A program made the translations under genes and the position numbers. From assembly GCA_041612095.1 (NCBI GenBank), contig JBFJJW010000001.1, positions 1 to 59,860 of the forward strand: a DNA stretch of 59,860 nt, in the 5' to 3' direction. This DNA comes from Solimonas sp. Lineage in GTDB: Bacteria; Pseudomonadota; Gammaproteobacteria; Nevskiales; Nevskiaceae. The notes under the pieces are model-generated. The model made no database searches. It was given only the letters and a program-made list of their open reading frames with translations, and was not told the origin of the DNA. Each line of letters starts with the position of its first letter. Position 1 is the stretch's first letter. This document shows, in pieces, positions 30,508-39,606 of the stretch.

Positions 30508-30915
30508 TCAGGCGCAGCAGTCGCTGATCGCACGCAGCACGTCGGTGCGCGAGATCTGCCCTACGAGGCGGCCGTCGTCCACTACCGGATAGCGCCGGAA
30601 ATGCGCGTTCTTCATGAACAAGCCCGCGAGCTGGATGATGCTGAGGTCCGAGCTCACGGTCTGCACCTCGCGGCTCATGTACTGACTCACGGGGCCGGCC
30701 ACGCAGCTGTCCTGCGCCGCCACCAAGGCGATGCTCAGCAGGTCCTTCTCCGACAGCATGCCGATCAGCTGACCGGCGGCGTCTACCACCGGTGCGCCCG
30801 AGTGCCCGGTGCGCACCAGTTGATGCGCCGCACTCATGACCTCGGTGTCGGGCGCAAACGTCAGCAGCTGCGTCGTCATGTAGTCACGCACGCGGATCGT
30901 ATCGAGCGTTGCCAT
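30508..30915 (-). CDS. Stand-alone CBS-pair protein
   Basis: VRDYMT…SGAPVVD…GMLSEKD and RRYPVVDDGRLVGQISRTD; AGGAG RBS. Confidence 0.9.
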   Translation of the reverse strand: MATLDTIRVRDYMTTQLLTFAPDTEVMSAAHQLVRTGHSGAPVVDAAGQLIGMLSEKDLLSIALVAAQDSCVAGPVSQYMSREVQTVSSDLSIIQLAGLFMKNAHFRRYPVVDDGRLVGQISRTDVLRAISDCCA

Positions 30916-31080
30916 GCCGAAATCTCCTGAACGCCGGTGCACCCGGCCCCGCGACGATAGCTCCATGACGGTCAGGACTCAATTTCCCGCGTTAAGAAGA
31001 GATTCAGTCGTATGCCGGATACTATGTGGTAGTCGGTGCCTGGCTCCGGCTCTATTCACTTATTCCCAGGGAAAACCACT

Positions 31081-31614
31081 ATGAGCAAGAACACTTCCAC
31101 GGTCGTCATCGCCGGACTACTGGCGTTCTCCGCCCCGTTGTTCGCCGCTGAAGGCAAGGCTGCCGTCGATGCCAAGGTCAGCGTCGAGGCCGATACGGCA
31201 GCCGCCGCTGCACTGAAGAACAAGGCAGCGGCCGCTGCGCAGGCGGGTGCCGCCAAGGCTACAGCCGCGAAGGACGCGAGCGCCGCCACCGCAGTAGACG
31301 CCAAAACCGCAGCCGCCGCGAAGATGGAGGCCGGCAAGGATGCTGCCGCCGCCAAGATGGAAGCGGGCAAGGATGCCGCCGTCGATGCCAAGGCCGCCGC
31401 CGCCGCCAAGGTGGACGCCGGCAAGGAAGGCTCGAAGAAGGCCGTCAGCGCCACCGGCAAGGCCGCTACCAACGCGGTCAAGACTGGCGCCGAGGCCACC
31501 GGCAAGACCGTCGGCAAGGTGGGCGGCGCGCTGGGCGCACTCAGCACCAGCGTGACGGTCGACGCGGATGTCGACGCCAAGGCCGACGCTGAGGCCGAAG
31601 CCGCGCAGCAGTAA
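31081..31614 (+). CDS. Secreted Ala/Lys-rich low-complexity protein with 11-mer repeats (LEA-like)
   Basis: Signal peptide ending …APLFA; repeats AAAAKMEAGKD; strong GC3 codon bias; followed by a terminator. Confidence 0.75.
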   Translation: MSKNTSTVVIAGLLAFSAPLFAAEGKAAVDAKVSVEADTAAAAALKNKAAAAAQAGAAKATAAKDASAATAVDAKTAAAAKMEAGKDAAAAKMEAGKDAAVDAKAAAAAKVDAGKEGSKKAVSATGKAATNAVKTGAEATGKTVGKVGGALGALSTSVTVDADVDAKADAEAEAAQQ

Positions 31615-31653
31615 GCAGGAAAGCCGCCGCGCGCCGATGGCGCGCGGCCTTGC

Positions 31654-31682
31654 AAAGCCTCCCGGAAACGGGGGGCTTTTTT
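31654..31682 (+). terminator. Rho-independent terminator
   Basis: AAAGCCTCCCG-GAAA-CGGGGGGCTTT plus T run. Confidence 0.8.
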
Positions 31683-31701
31683 GTTGCGCCCCAGGGCCGG
31701 G

Positions 31702-32457
31702 TTACGGCCGCTGTGCAGTGGTCTTGGGCAACTGTTGCTGCAGGCGCAGACCACGCGCCTGCAACCAATGCCGGTGCTGTGCGAAATCCGGCATCTGGCG
31801 CTCGACGCAACTCCAGAAACGCGTCGAGTGATCTGGGTGCAGCAAGTGGCAGAGCTCGTGTATCACGACATACCGGAACACTTCTGGCGGCGCCATCACC
31901 AGGCGCCACGACAAGCAGATCACACCGCCAGGATTACAGCTGCCCCACAGGGTTTGCGGATCGTTGATCTTCAGTTGCTGATACCTGACCCCGAGGCGCG
32001 CGGCCTCATGATCCAGCATCCGCAGTGCATCGCGCTGCGCCTGGTGCATCAACTCGCGCCGTAGAGCCTGCGCCAGTTTGAGGGGCTGGGCGAGCACGGG
32101 CTTGGGCGCGAACACGGTAATGGCTTCGGTCTCGAGGCGGATGCTGACCTGCCGCAGGCGGGCCGGCTCCACTCGCACCGGCACCGAGACCCCGCGCAAC
32201 AGCAGCTCGTCACACCCATCCCAGCGCATGTCAGGCGGTGCAGGGTCCTGCGCCTCGCGCTCGGCGAACTCCCGGAGCTTCTCGCGCACCCAGTCGGTGC
32301 GCGACTGCAAGAAGGCCAGCGCGTCCGCGCGCGCAACCCAGCGTGGATAGACCAGCACCACTTCGCGACCGGAGCGCACTTCCACGCGGATATTGCGCGC
32401 CTTGGCACTCGCCTTCTCGCGCAGCCGATAGTCTTCCCGGAACAGCTCGTACTGCAT
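31702..32457 (-). CDS. M48/YgjP (DUF45)-family zinc metallohydrolase
   Basis: WGSC, YVVIHELCHL…DHS..FW (HExxH). Confidence 0.9.
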   Translation of the reverse strand: MQYELFREDYRLREKASAKARNIRVEVRSGREVVLVYPRWVARADALAFLQSRTDWVREKLREFAEREAQDPAPPDMRWDGCDELLLRGVSVPVRVEPARLRQVSIRLETEAITVFAPKPVLAQPLKLAQALRRELMHQAQRDALRMLDHEAARLGVRYQQLKINDPQTLWGSCNPGGVICLSWRLVMAPPEVFRYVVIHELCHLLHPDHSTRFWSCVERQMPDFAQHRHWLQARGLRLQQQLPKTTAQRP

Positions 32458-32556
32458 GCAACCTCTTGGACACAAAAAGTACGCATAACGGCAAAAAAAT
32501 GTTCAGCACCGGAGCGGGGCCTGCCATCACTGCATTTGCTGCGCCGCACATCCGGT

Positions 32557-32591
32557 TTATCCACAAGCTTATCCCCGCCGCTTGTCGATAA
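32557..32591. promoter_or_regulatory. Cluster of three DnaA boxes
   Basis: TTATCCACA (32557, perfect), TTATCCCCG (32569), inverted TGTCGATAA (32583). Confidence 0.7.
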
Positions 32592-32661
32592 ATCGACCCC
32601 TTCCGTCGCCACCGCCGAAGCGAACTGACTTTCATGTCAGTCAGCCTACTCCGCCGACATC

Positions 32662-33462
32662 CTAGCCGGCGTCGTAACCTATGCGCGCCAGCACGCCATC
32701 CAGCTCATCCAGCGAGTGAAACTTGATGCGCAACTCGCCCTGCCCTGACTTGTCCGACTGCACCGTGACCGGGCACGCCAGAAAATCAGACAGCTGCCGC
32801 TCCATGCGCTGCCAGTCGGACGCCTTGCCTGGGCGAAACACGATGCTGCTGTCACGGGACTGTGCAAGCCGGCGCTCGAGCTTGCGTACCGTAAGCTTGT
32901 GCCGGATGACTTGATCTGCCCAGCGTACCTGCTCATCCAGCGGAATGCCCGCCAGCACTTTGGCGTGCCCCAGGAACAGATGGCCCTCGTTGACCAAGGT
33001 TGCAACCTGCGGCGCAAGATTCAGCAATCGCAGATAGTTGCTGACGTATTCACGCGACTTGCCGACGCGCGCGCCGATCTCCTCGTGGGTCATTTCGAAG
33101 ATCTCGCCCAGGCGCTTGAGCCCCGCCGCTGTCTCCATCGGAGTCAGCGACTCCCGTTGCAGGTTCTCGATCAGGCCGACAACAAAGGCTTCCGTGTCCG
33201 ACAGGTCATCGCGGATCACGGCAGGAATTTCATGCAGCTGTGCCAGTTGCGCGGCGCGCCAGCGCCGCTCGCCCGCCAGCAACTCGTACCCCCAGACGCG
33301 CGTACGCAACACCACCGGCTGCACTACGCCGGACTCCCGGATGCTCTCGGCCAACTCCTGCAGCGACGCAGGATCAAAATGCCTCCGCGCCTGCTGACTG
33401 CCGGGGCGGATCAGGTCCACCGGAATTTCCCGTATCTCGCTCGCGGCTTTGTTGCGACTCAT
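32662..33462 (-). CDS. ParB/Spo0J-family CTPase/DNA-binding protein (orphan)
   Basis: LQELAESI…GVVQP, AGERRWRAA, IENLQRE, HTH GKSREYVSNYLRLL. Confidence 0.92.
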   Translation of the reverse strand: MSRNKAASEIREIPVDLIRPGSQQARRHFDPASLQELAESIRESGVVQPVVLRTRVWGYELLAGERRWRAAQLAQLHEIPAVIRDDLSDTEAFVVGLIENLQRESLTPMETAAGLKRLGEIFEMTHEEIGARVGKSREYVSNYLRLLNLAPQVATLVNEGHLFLGHAKVLAGIPLDEQVRWADQVIRHKLTVRKLERRLAQSRDSSIVFRPGKASDWQRMERQLSDFLACPVTVQSDKSGQGELRIKFHSLDELDGVLARIGYDAG

Positions 33463-33529
33463 CCGCTCATTGTAAGTGCGTGCCGGCGTCGGCATGGAAT
33501 AATGCACCCTCAACTGCAGGAAACAACCT

Positions 33530-34072
33530 ATGGAAGACCAGTTTCGCGCCATTATCGAAGCAATCGGTGAAAACCCCGACCGCGAAGGCCTGTTGCGCAC
33601 GCCGTATCGCGCTGCGCGTGCGATGGAGTTTCTGACTCAGGGTTATGAACAGGACATCGGCGAGATCGTCAACGGCGCCATATTCGAATCGACCAACGAC
33701 GCCATGGTGATCGTCAAGGACATCGAGTTGTTCTCCATGTGCGAGCATCACCTGCTGCCTTTCATCGGCAAGGCACATGTCGCGTATCTTCCAGCAGGCA
33801 AGGTTATCGGCCTTTCAAAGATTCCCCGCATTGTCGACATGTACGCGCGCCGCCTGCAGATACAGGAAAGCCTTACTCAGGAGATCGGCAACTGTGTGCA
33901 AGGCGCGATTCAGGCGCATGGCGTCGCCGTCGTCATCGAAGCCAAGCACCTGTGCTCGATGATGCGCGGCGTGCAGAAGCAGCATTCGTCGATGGTGACC
34001 TCCTACATGCACGGCCGATTCCGCGAGGATCCGCGTACGCGCCAGGAGTTTCTGGACCTGATTCGCGGCTAG
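33530..34072 (+). CDS. folE: GTP cyclohydrolase I
   Basis: [41 protein letters not shown]. Confidence 0.96.
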   Translation: MEDQFRAIIEAIGENPDREGLLRTPYRAARAMEFLTQGYEQDIGEIVNGAIFESTNDAMVIVKDIELFSMCEHHLLPFIGKAHVAYLPAGKVIGLSKIPRIVDMYARRLQIQESLTQEIGNCVQGAIQAHGVAVVIEAKHLCSMMRGVQKQHSSMVTSYMHGRFREDPRTRQEFLDLIRG

Positions 34073-34234
34073 GCCGCAACCGTCAGCGCCCGCCGGACGT
34101 ATGAAGGCAGAGCTGCCATCGGCTGAAATACCACTGACCCGAAGGGCCGGCTAAACTTGGCCGAGGCAGCGGGTTGTCAACGCTGGCTGCGGCACAAATT
34201 CATCGCCATTCAGACCCCTTGCGAGTGTGAGTCC

Positions 34235-35233
34235 ATGATGTTGAGCACGACCAATCCCGATCTCCCCGCCCAGCGCGAAGTCCTGCGCGCGCTGGAACCC
34301 CAGGTCAGTGAGTTCATGGCGCGCCACAAGGCGACGCGCAAACTATGGATGCCCAGCGACCTGATGCCGGCAGACGAGCGCTCAGACGCCCAGCACGAGG
34401 CTGAACTGGCAGCCCTGCGCGAGCGTGCGCGCGGCCTGCCTGACGGGGTGCGCGTGGCGCTGGCGCTGAACCTGCTGACCGAAGAGGGGCTTCCGCATTT
34501 TCATCGTCTGGTCGCGGTCTACATGGGCTATGACAGTGTCTGGGCCGAGTGGAACAACCTCTGGACCGCGGAGGAGGACCGGCACGGCTGCGTATTGCGC
34601 GATTACGTGCGCGATGCCCGCGTATTCAACATGAAGGCGCTGGAGGTCATGCAGTACCAGTACATTGAGGCCGGCTTCAATCCGGACTGGAAAGACGACC
34701 CCTATCGCCTGCTGGCCTACACCAGCCTGCAGGAGAAGGCGACGCAGACTGCGCACTCCAATGCCGGCCGCATCGCGAGTCAGTACGAGCCCAAGCTGCA
34801 GAAGATACTCGCGCATATTTCCGCCGATGAATCTCGCCATTACGCGTTCTATCGCGACAGCTTCTCGCTGGCCCTGAAAGCCGACACCAATCGCGCGCTG
34901 GCCGCGCTGGCAGCCGTTGCCCCGGCCCTGGCGATGCCCGGCCACGCCATCGACGGCTACGCGCAGATGTCCGAGGTGGAGCGTCGTAGCGGCATCTACG
35001 GCCCGCGCGAGTACCTGAGCCTGGTCGAGGATCTGGTGCGCCACTGGGCCATAGACCAGCTGACCAATCTCTCCGCGATTGGGCGCGCAGCTCAGGAAAA
35101 GGTGATGAAACTGCCCGCGCGTCTGGCGCGGATGGCGGACTACATCGAATCGAAGGCGCATACGCGCAGCTTCTCGTTCGAGTTCATTTATCAGCGCGCC
35201 TTTGAAATGGCCGGCGGAGCGCCCAAGCGCTGA
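34235..35233 (+). CDS. Soluble acyl-ACP desaturase (di-iron, DesA-like)
   Basis: LLTEEGLP, WTAEEDRHG, QEKAT..AH, ADESRH: paired ExxH di-iron motifs. Confidence 0.88.
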   Translation: MMLSTTNPDLPAQREVLRALEPQVSEFMARHKATRKLWMPSDLMPADERSDAQHEAELAALRERARGLPDGVRVALALNLLTEEGLPHFHRLVAVYMGYDSVWAEWNNLWTAEEDRHGCVLRDYVRDARVFNMKALEVMQYQYIEAGFNPDWKDDPYRLLAYTSLQEKATQTAHSNAGRIASQYEPKLQKILAHISADESRHYAFYRDSFSLALKADTNRALAALAAVAPALAMPGHAIDGYAQMSEVERRSGIYGPREYLSLVEDLVRHWAIDQLTNLSAIGRAAQEKVMKLPARLARMADYIESKAHTRSFSFEFIYQRAFEMAGGAPKR

Positions 35234-35350
35234 TTGAAGTCCCTGCAGCGTTCACGCTTGTAGAGGCGGGGTCGGAATCACGCCAACTCGCCACGCGGTC
35301 GGCGCGCCGTTGCTACCATCCGCACACCCTCATTGTCTGGAGTCGTGTTG

Positions 35351-36199
35351 ATGTCATCCACCGAACGCGTCCTGCGCGATCAGCGTGTGCTGGTTACCGG
35401 TGCAGGCAGCGGCCTCGGCCGCGCCCTCGCGCTCAAGTTCGCCAGCGACGGCTGGCGTGTCGCCTGCAGCGACCTGCGAGCAGAAACTGCCCACGGCACC
35501 GCAAGCGCCATCACCGCAGCCGGAGGCACGGCGCTGGCGTTATCTCACGACGTCACAAATGACACATCCTGGGAGCAGGTCATCGCCCAGATACAGCAGG
35601 CCTGGAATGGGCTCGATGTCCTGGTCAACAATGCCGGCGTAGCCACCGCCGGAACAGTAGCCGAATCACCGCTGCAGCAGTGGCAGTGGGTGCTGGACAT
35701 CAACCTGCTGGGCTGCGTGCGCGGGGTGCGTGCGGTCGTCCCGCTGCTGACGGCGCAGCAGGGTGGACATGTGGTCAACGTGGCCTCGTTTGCCGGCATC
35801 GCCAATCCACCCGCCATGGCCAGCTATAACGTCAGCAAGGCTGCGGTGATCTCGTTGTCCGAGACGCTGCGCTTCGAGCTGGAGCCACTGGGGGTCGGGG
35901 TCAGCGTAGCCTGCCCATCTTTCTTCAAGACCGCGCTGATGGAAACCTCGGAGGCAAACGCGCCCGGTGGCACCCACAGCAGCGCGCCCCAGGTGCAGAA
36001 GATCGTTGGCCGGCTGATGCAGAAGGCAACGGTCACAGCCGAGGATGTCGCCGCAGATATCGTCGATGCGGTCAACCGCAACCGCTTTCTGGTAATCACC
36101 CACCCGGATGCGCGCCAGCGCTATCACCTGAAACGGGTCGCACCGGAGTTCTACTTCCGGATGGCGCGCAAGATGACCAGCAAGTTCCTGTCGCGCTGA
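35351..36199 (+). CDS. Short-chain dehydrogenase/reductase
   Basis: TGAGSGLG, NNAG, YNVSK. Confidence 0.93.
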   Translation: MSSTERVLRDQRVLVTGAGSGLGRALALKFASDGWRVACSDLRAETAHGTASAITAAGGTALALSHDVTNDTSWEQVIAQIQQAWNGLDVLVNNAGVATAGTVAESPLQQWQWVLDINLLGCVRGVRAVVPLLTAQQGGHVVNVASFAGIANPPAMASYNVSKAAVISLSETLRFELEPLGVGVSVACPSFFKTALMETSEANAPGGTHSSAPQVQKIVGRLMQKATVTAEDVAADIVDAVNRNRFLVITHPDARQRYHLKRVAPEFYFRMARKMTSKFLSR

Positions 36200-36213
36200 C
36201 CCGTGGCAACTGC

Positions 36214-36253
36214 CAACAAAAAAAGGGCGCTCCGCGGAGCGCCCTTTTTGTTG
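36214..36253. terminator. Bidirectional rho-independent terminator
   Basis: A-run-GGGCGCTCC-GC-GGAGCGCCC-T-run between convergent genes. Confidence 0.9.
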
Positions 36254-36264
36254 CATCGCCAATC

Positions 36265-37617
36265 CTATTTCGTTGCCTGCTTCTGTACGTTGCTCGGCTC
36301 GTAGTAGCTCGCCGTGAACGGCATTTCGATGGTCTCCGGGTCCTCGTTGTTCATCGCCTGTGCGAGGTACCGGTTGTTCTGCAGGTCGTAGATGGTTTCC
36401 ATGATCGGCGAGTAGAACGGCTGATCGTAGGCCTGGATCGTATGCGCCTCCTGCCAGCGCCACATGGCGCCGCGACGGTCATAGATATCAACGAGCGAGA
36501 TCTGCCAGCTGTCCTCGTCGAGATAGAACCTGCGCTTGGCATACATGTGGGTGGTGGTCGGCTTGACCTCGCCCTCGACCACCCAGACGCGGTGCAACTC
36601 ATACCGCGCCAGATCCTGGTTGATATGCCCCTTCTGCACGATATCCCGAATCTTGTACTTGTCGCTGTGGATCACATACGAGTTGTACGGGATATAGACC
36701 TCCTTCTTGCCGACGATCTTCCAGGTGTAGCGATCGGTCGCACCATTGAAGGTGTCGGTCTGATCGTTGGTACGCAGGCCATCGGCTCCGGTACCGGGGT
36801 TGTCGTAGGCCACGTTGGGAGCACGGCGCAAACGGCGCTGCCCGGGGTTGTACTGCCAGGCGCGGCGTGGCTCCTTGACCTGATCCATGGTTTCGTGGAC
36901 CAGCGTGATCGTGCCGGCCAACCGCGGCGGCGTCATCACGACCTGCAGGAAGTAGATGATGACGTTGTTCAGGCTTTCCGGCGTGGCACCCTTTTGCGTG
37001 TACGGAAACATCACGTCCTCACGCAGCTTGACCAGGTTGTAGTCGCCGGATGAGGTGACGGCGGCCTGATTGTTCCAGCGCCGGCCACTCTGGCCACGGT
37101 AACGCACCTTGTGGTTCCAGACCGGCTCAACGCCCGTCTTCGGAATCGGGAACGGTATGCCCATGATGGCGTTGACCAGCGCTTCCCCGCCGCCGCCAAG
37201 TTCGGCGTTCAGCGCGTTCTTGTAGTTGGCCTCGTAGACGAAATCCGGGTACGCCGCGGTACGCCGCGTCTGGTAGACGTTCATCTTGTAGGTGCTGGGA
37301 AACTTCTCGAACATCGCCAGCTGCCCGGCCGACAGCTTGTCTTTGTACTTGGCGACGTTGCCGCTATTGATCGTCAGCAGCGGCTTGTCCTGGGGGAACG
37401 GATCGCAGTAGCGCGTGCCCAGCCCCTGGTAACAAGGCGGCGCCTTGGTGAGCCCCCCTTCCCAGGCGGGGATGCTGCCGTCCTTGTTGCCGGCGCGCTC
37501 GGCGCCTACAGGGGTCAGCGTGGTCTTCAGCTTGGCGGCCTCATCGGCGCTGACCTTGGCAAGGGTGGGCAGCGCAACGACCAGGAACGCAAGCGCAACA
37601 GGCGATGCGTACTTCAT
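36265..37617 (-). CDS. DUF1329-family secreted protein
   Basis: Signal peptide, LTPVGAERAGN.DGSIPAW, RRAWQYNPGQRRLRRAP, RYELHRVWVVE; AGGAGG RBS. Confidence 0.9.
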   Translation of the reverse strand: MKYASPVALAFLVVALPTLAKVSADEAAKLKTTLTPVGAERAGNKDGSIPAWEGGLTKAPPCYQGLGTRYCDPFPQDKPLLTINSGNVAKYKDKLSAGQLAMFEKFPSTYKMNVYQTRRTAAYPDFVYEANYKNALNAELGGGGEALVNAIMGIPFPIPKTGVEPVWNHKVRYRGQSGRRWNNQAAVTSSGDYNLVKLREDVMFPYTQKGATPESLNNVIIYFLQVVMTPPRLAGTITLVHETMDQVKEPRRAWQYNPGQRRLRRAPNVAYDNPGTGADGLRTNDQTDTFNGATDRYTWKIVGKKEVYIPYNSYVIHSDKYKIRDIVQKGHINQDLARYELHRVWVVEGEVKPTTTHMYAKRRFYLDEDSWQISLVDIYDRRGAMWRWQEAHTIQAYDQPFYSPIMETIYDLQNNRYLAQAMNNEDPETIEMPFTASYYEPSNVQKQATK

Positions 37618-37693
37618 TATGTTCTCTCCTCCTAGAAAGCGGGTTCGTAACGATAGTGTAGAAACCTCGGGGGGACCAGCCGATTCTCGCCTA

Positions 37694-38149
37694 TCAGCCC
37701 ATGAAACGCTTGCGCAGGCGCACTCCCGGCGCATTATCGTCGTAATAGGCCGGCAAGGCCGCAGCCTCAAGATAGCCGAGACGGGTATACAGCGCGCGCG
37801 CCGGACCGTTGTCCGTGCGCACTTCCAGCGACATCCCGATGCAGCCACGCCGTCTGGCCTCACGCTCGGCGGTGCGCACCAGACGCAGCCCCAGGCCACG
37901 CCCACGCACGACCGGATCAACCACCAGCGAGTAAATGCGCGCCCAGCGGCTGCCCTGCCGAGTCAGCATGACCAGCGCGGCCACCAGGCCGCCGCGCCAG
38001 ACTGCCACCCAGATCGCAGCGCGCTCGTTTTGCAGGAAGCGGCGCAGCGCGGCGCGCGACATGCGATCGCCGGGAAACAACCGCTCCAGATTAAGAATGC
38101 CGTCGAGGTCCGCACTCCGGGCACGGCGGACCCGCGGGGACACGCTCAT
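37694..38149 (-). CDS. GNAT (RimI-like) acetyltransferase
   Basis: IYSLVV…RGRGLG, LEVRTDN..A..LY..LGY. Confidence 0.9.
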   Translation of the reverse strand: MSVSPRVRRARSADLDGILNLERLFPGDRMSRAALRRFLQNERAAIWVAVWRGGLVAALVMLTRQGSRWARIYSLVVDPVVRGRGLGLRLVRTAEREARRRGCIGMSLEVRTDNGPARALYTRLGYLEAAALPAYYDDNAPGVRLRKRFMG

Positions 38150-39606
38150 GTTCGCGTGCGCGCCTCCAGACGCCGAATGAAGTACTCCATGATGCGCCGG
38201 TAGAGCGCGTCCTTGAGCACCAGATCTTCAACGCCGAAATCGATGTTCGGGTTGTCATTGACCTCGATCACCTTGACCCGTTTGCCGAACTGCTTGAGGT
38301 CCACCCCGTAAAGACCGCGCCCCACGGCGCGCGCGGCCTGAACGGCGACGTTCAGGACCGGAAGCGGTACGTCCTTGATGTCCAGCGTCTCGTGGCTGCC
38401 CTCGACCTTCGCGCCATTGCCGGCCCGCTTGACGACCTGCCAGTGATCCTTGGCCATGTAGTAGCGACAGGCGTACAGCGGCTCGCCATCCAATACGCCG
38501 ACACGCCAGTCGTACTCGGTGGGCTCAAACCCCTGCGCGACGATCAGATCCGAGCGCTCAAGCATGTCGCTGGCCTTGCGCCGCAGCTCAGCTTCGGTCT
38601 CCACCTTGATCACACCCTTGGAGAACTGCGAGTCCGGCTGCTTCAACACGCAGGGAAAACCCAGTTCGCGCCCGACCTGCGCCACATTGCGAGAATGAAT
38701 CAGCAGCGTCTTGGGTTGCGGTATGCGATGGCGCTCCATCAACTGCGCGAGAAAAACCTTGTTTGCCGCTCTCAGGATCGACAAGGGGTCATCAACCACC
38801 ACCAGGCCCTCGCGCGCGCCGCGACGGGCGAAGCGATACGTGTGGTGATTAACCGCCGTGGTCTCGCGTATGAACAGCGCATCGAATTCGGCGACCCGGC
38901 CGTAATCGGATTTGTCGAGAAACTCGACCTCGAAGCCCAAGTCCTCGGCGTGCTTCTCGAACAGCTTCAGGGCTCGTGCATTGGATGGCGGTTCCTTCTC
39001 GTCTTCATTGACCAGGATCGCCAGGTCATAGCGCGCGGCGTCGCGTCGCACCCGCGGAGAACGCTTGCGCCTGAAATGATCTCGCGCGGTGTCGTAGAGA
39101 AACTCCAGGTGCGACGTGGGCACCTCGCCGAGTGCGATCGGACCCAGGGTGTCGACGCGCCACTCGTCACCGCGAAACACGAACTTGGCCTGCAGCAGCG
39201 GCGCGGGGAACTGGTTGAACAGCGCACGCGCCAGGCGACCGTGACGCTTGGCCAGGCTCTCTCCGAAGTACACGTTCATCACGTACTCGGCTGACCCGAT
39301 CCGCGCCAGCGAACGCTGGATCAGCTCCTCGATCTCGTCGTTGATGATGCGCGGACTTTCAGCAAGCTTGAGATCCTGGATCGTGGTGATCTCGGGCAAG
39401 GGCTTGTGCCCGCGGGCCCCGGCCAGCAGCGACACGTAGTACCCAGTGGTCTGGTAACCGAACGATCGGCACAGGTTGTAGACCCTGAGTTTGCGCGCCC
39501 GCGTGTGGGTTTCGTGGGTCAGGTACTCCAGCGCCGTCACGACCTCTATGCCCGGGATATCCACGGGCCAATCTGCGCGCTGGTCGACGACAACAATACC
39601 CGTCAC
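38146..39606 (-). CDS. RimK-family ATP-grasp ligase with N-terminal RLAN-like domain
   Basis: NLCRSFGYQTTGYYVSLLAGARGH N-domain; DALFIRETT, KQPDSQFSKG, IEVNDNPNID. Confidence 0.9.
   Translation of the reverse strand: MTGIVVVDQRADWPVDIPGIEVVTALEYLTHETHTRARKLRVYNLCRSFGYQTTGYYVSLLAGARGHKPLPEITTIQDLKLAESPRIINDEIEELIQRSLARIGSAEYVMNVYFGESLAKRHGRLARALFNQFPAPLLQAKFVFRGDEWRVDTLGPIALGEVPTSHLEFLYDTARDHFRRKRSPRVRRDAARYDLAILVNEDEKEPPSNARALKLFEKHAEDLGFEVEFLDKSDYGRVAEFDALFIRETTAVNHHTYRFARRGAREGLVVVDDPLSILRAANKVFLAQLMERHRIPQPKTLLIHSRNVAQVGRELGFPCVLKQPDSQFSKGVIKVETEAELRRKASDMLERSDLIVAQGFEPTEYDWRVGVLDGEPLYACRYYMAKDHWQVVKRAGNGAKVEGSHETLDIKDVPLPVLNVAVQAARAVGRGLYGVDLKQFGKRVKVIEVNDNPNIDFGVEDLVLKDALYRRIMEYFIRRLEARTRT

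Noticed and set aside
31651-31682. GCAAAGCCTCC resemblance to the c-di-GMP-I riboswitch
   Set aside because: It lies 3' of a gene between convergent ORFs, lacks the other conserved elements, and is fully explained as a terminator
31056-31754. Ala/Ser/Leu-rich minus-strand ORF
   Set aside because: Mirror of the low-complexity plus-strand gene, which has the signal peptide and terminator
32458-32661. Possible oriC
   Set aside because: Only three DnaA boxes, no evident AT-rich unwinding repeats and no dnaA/dnaN nearby; kept only as a DnaA-box cluster
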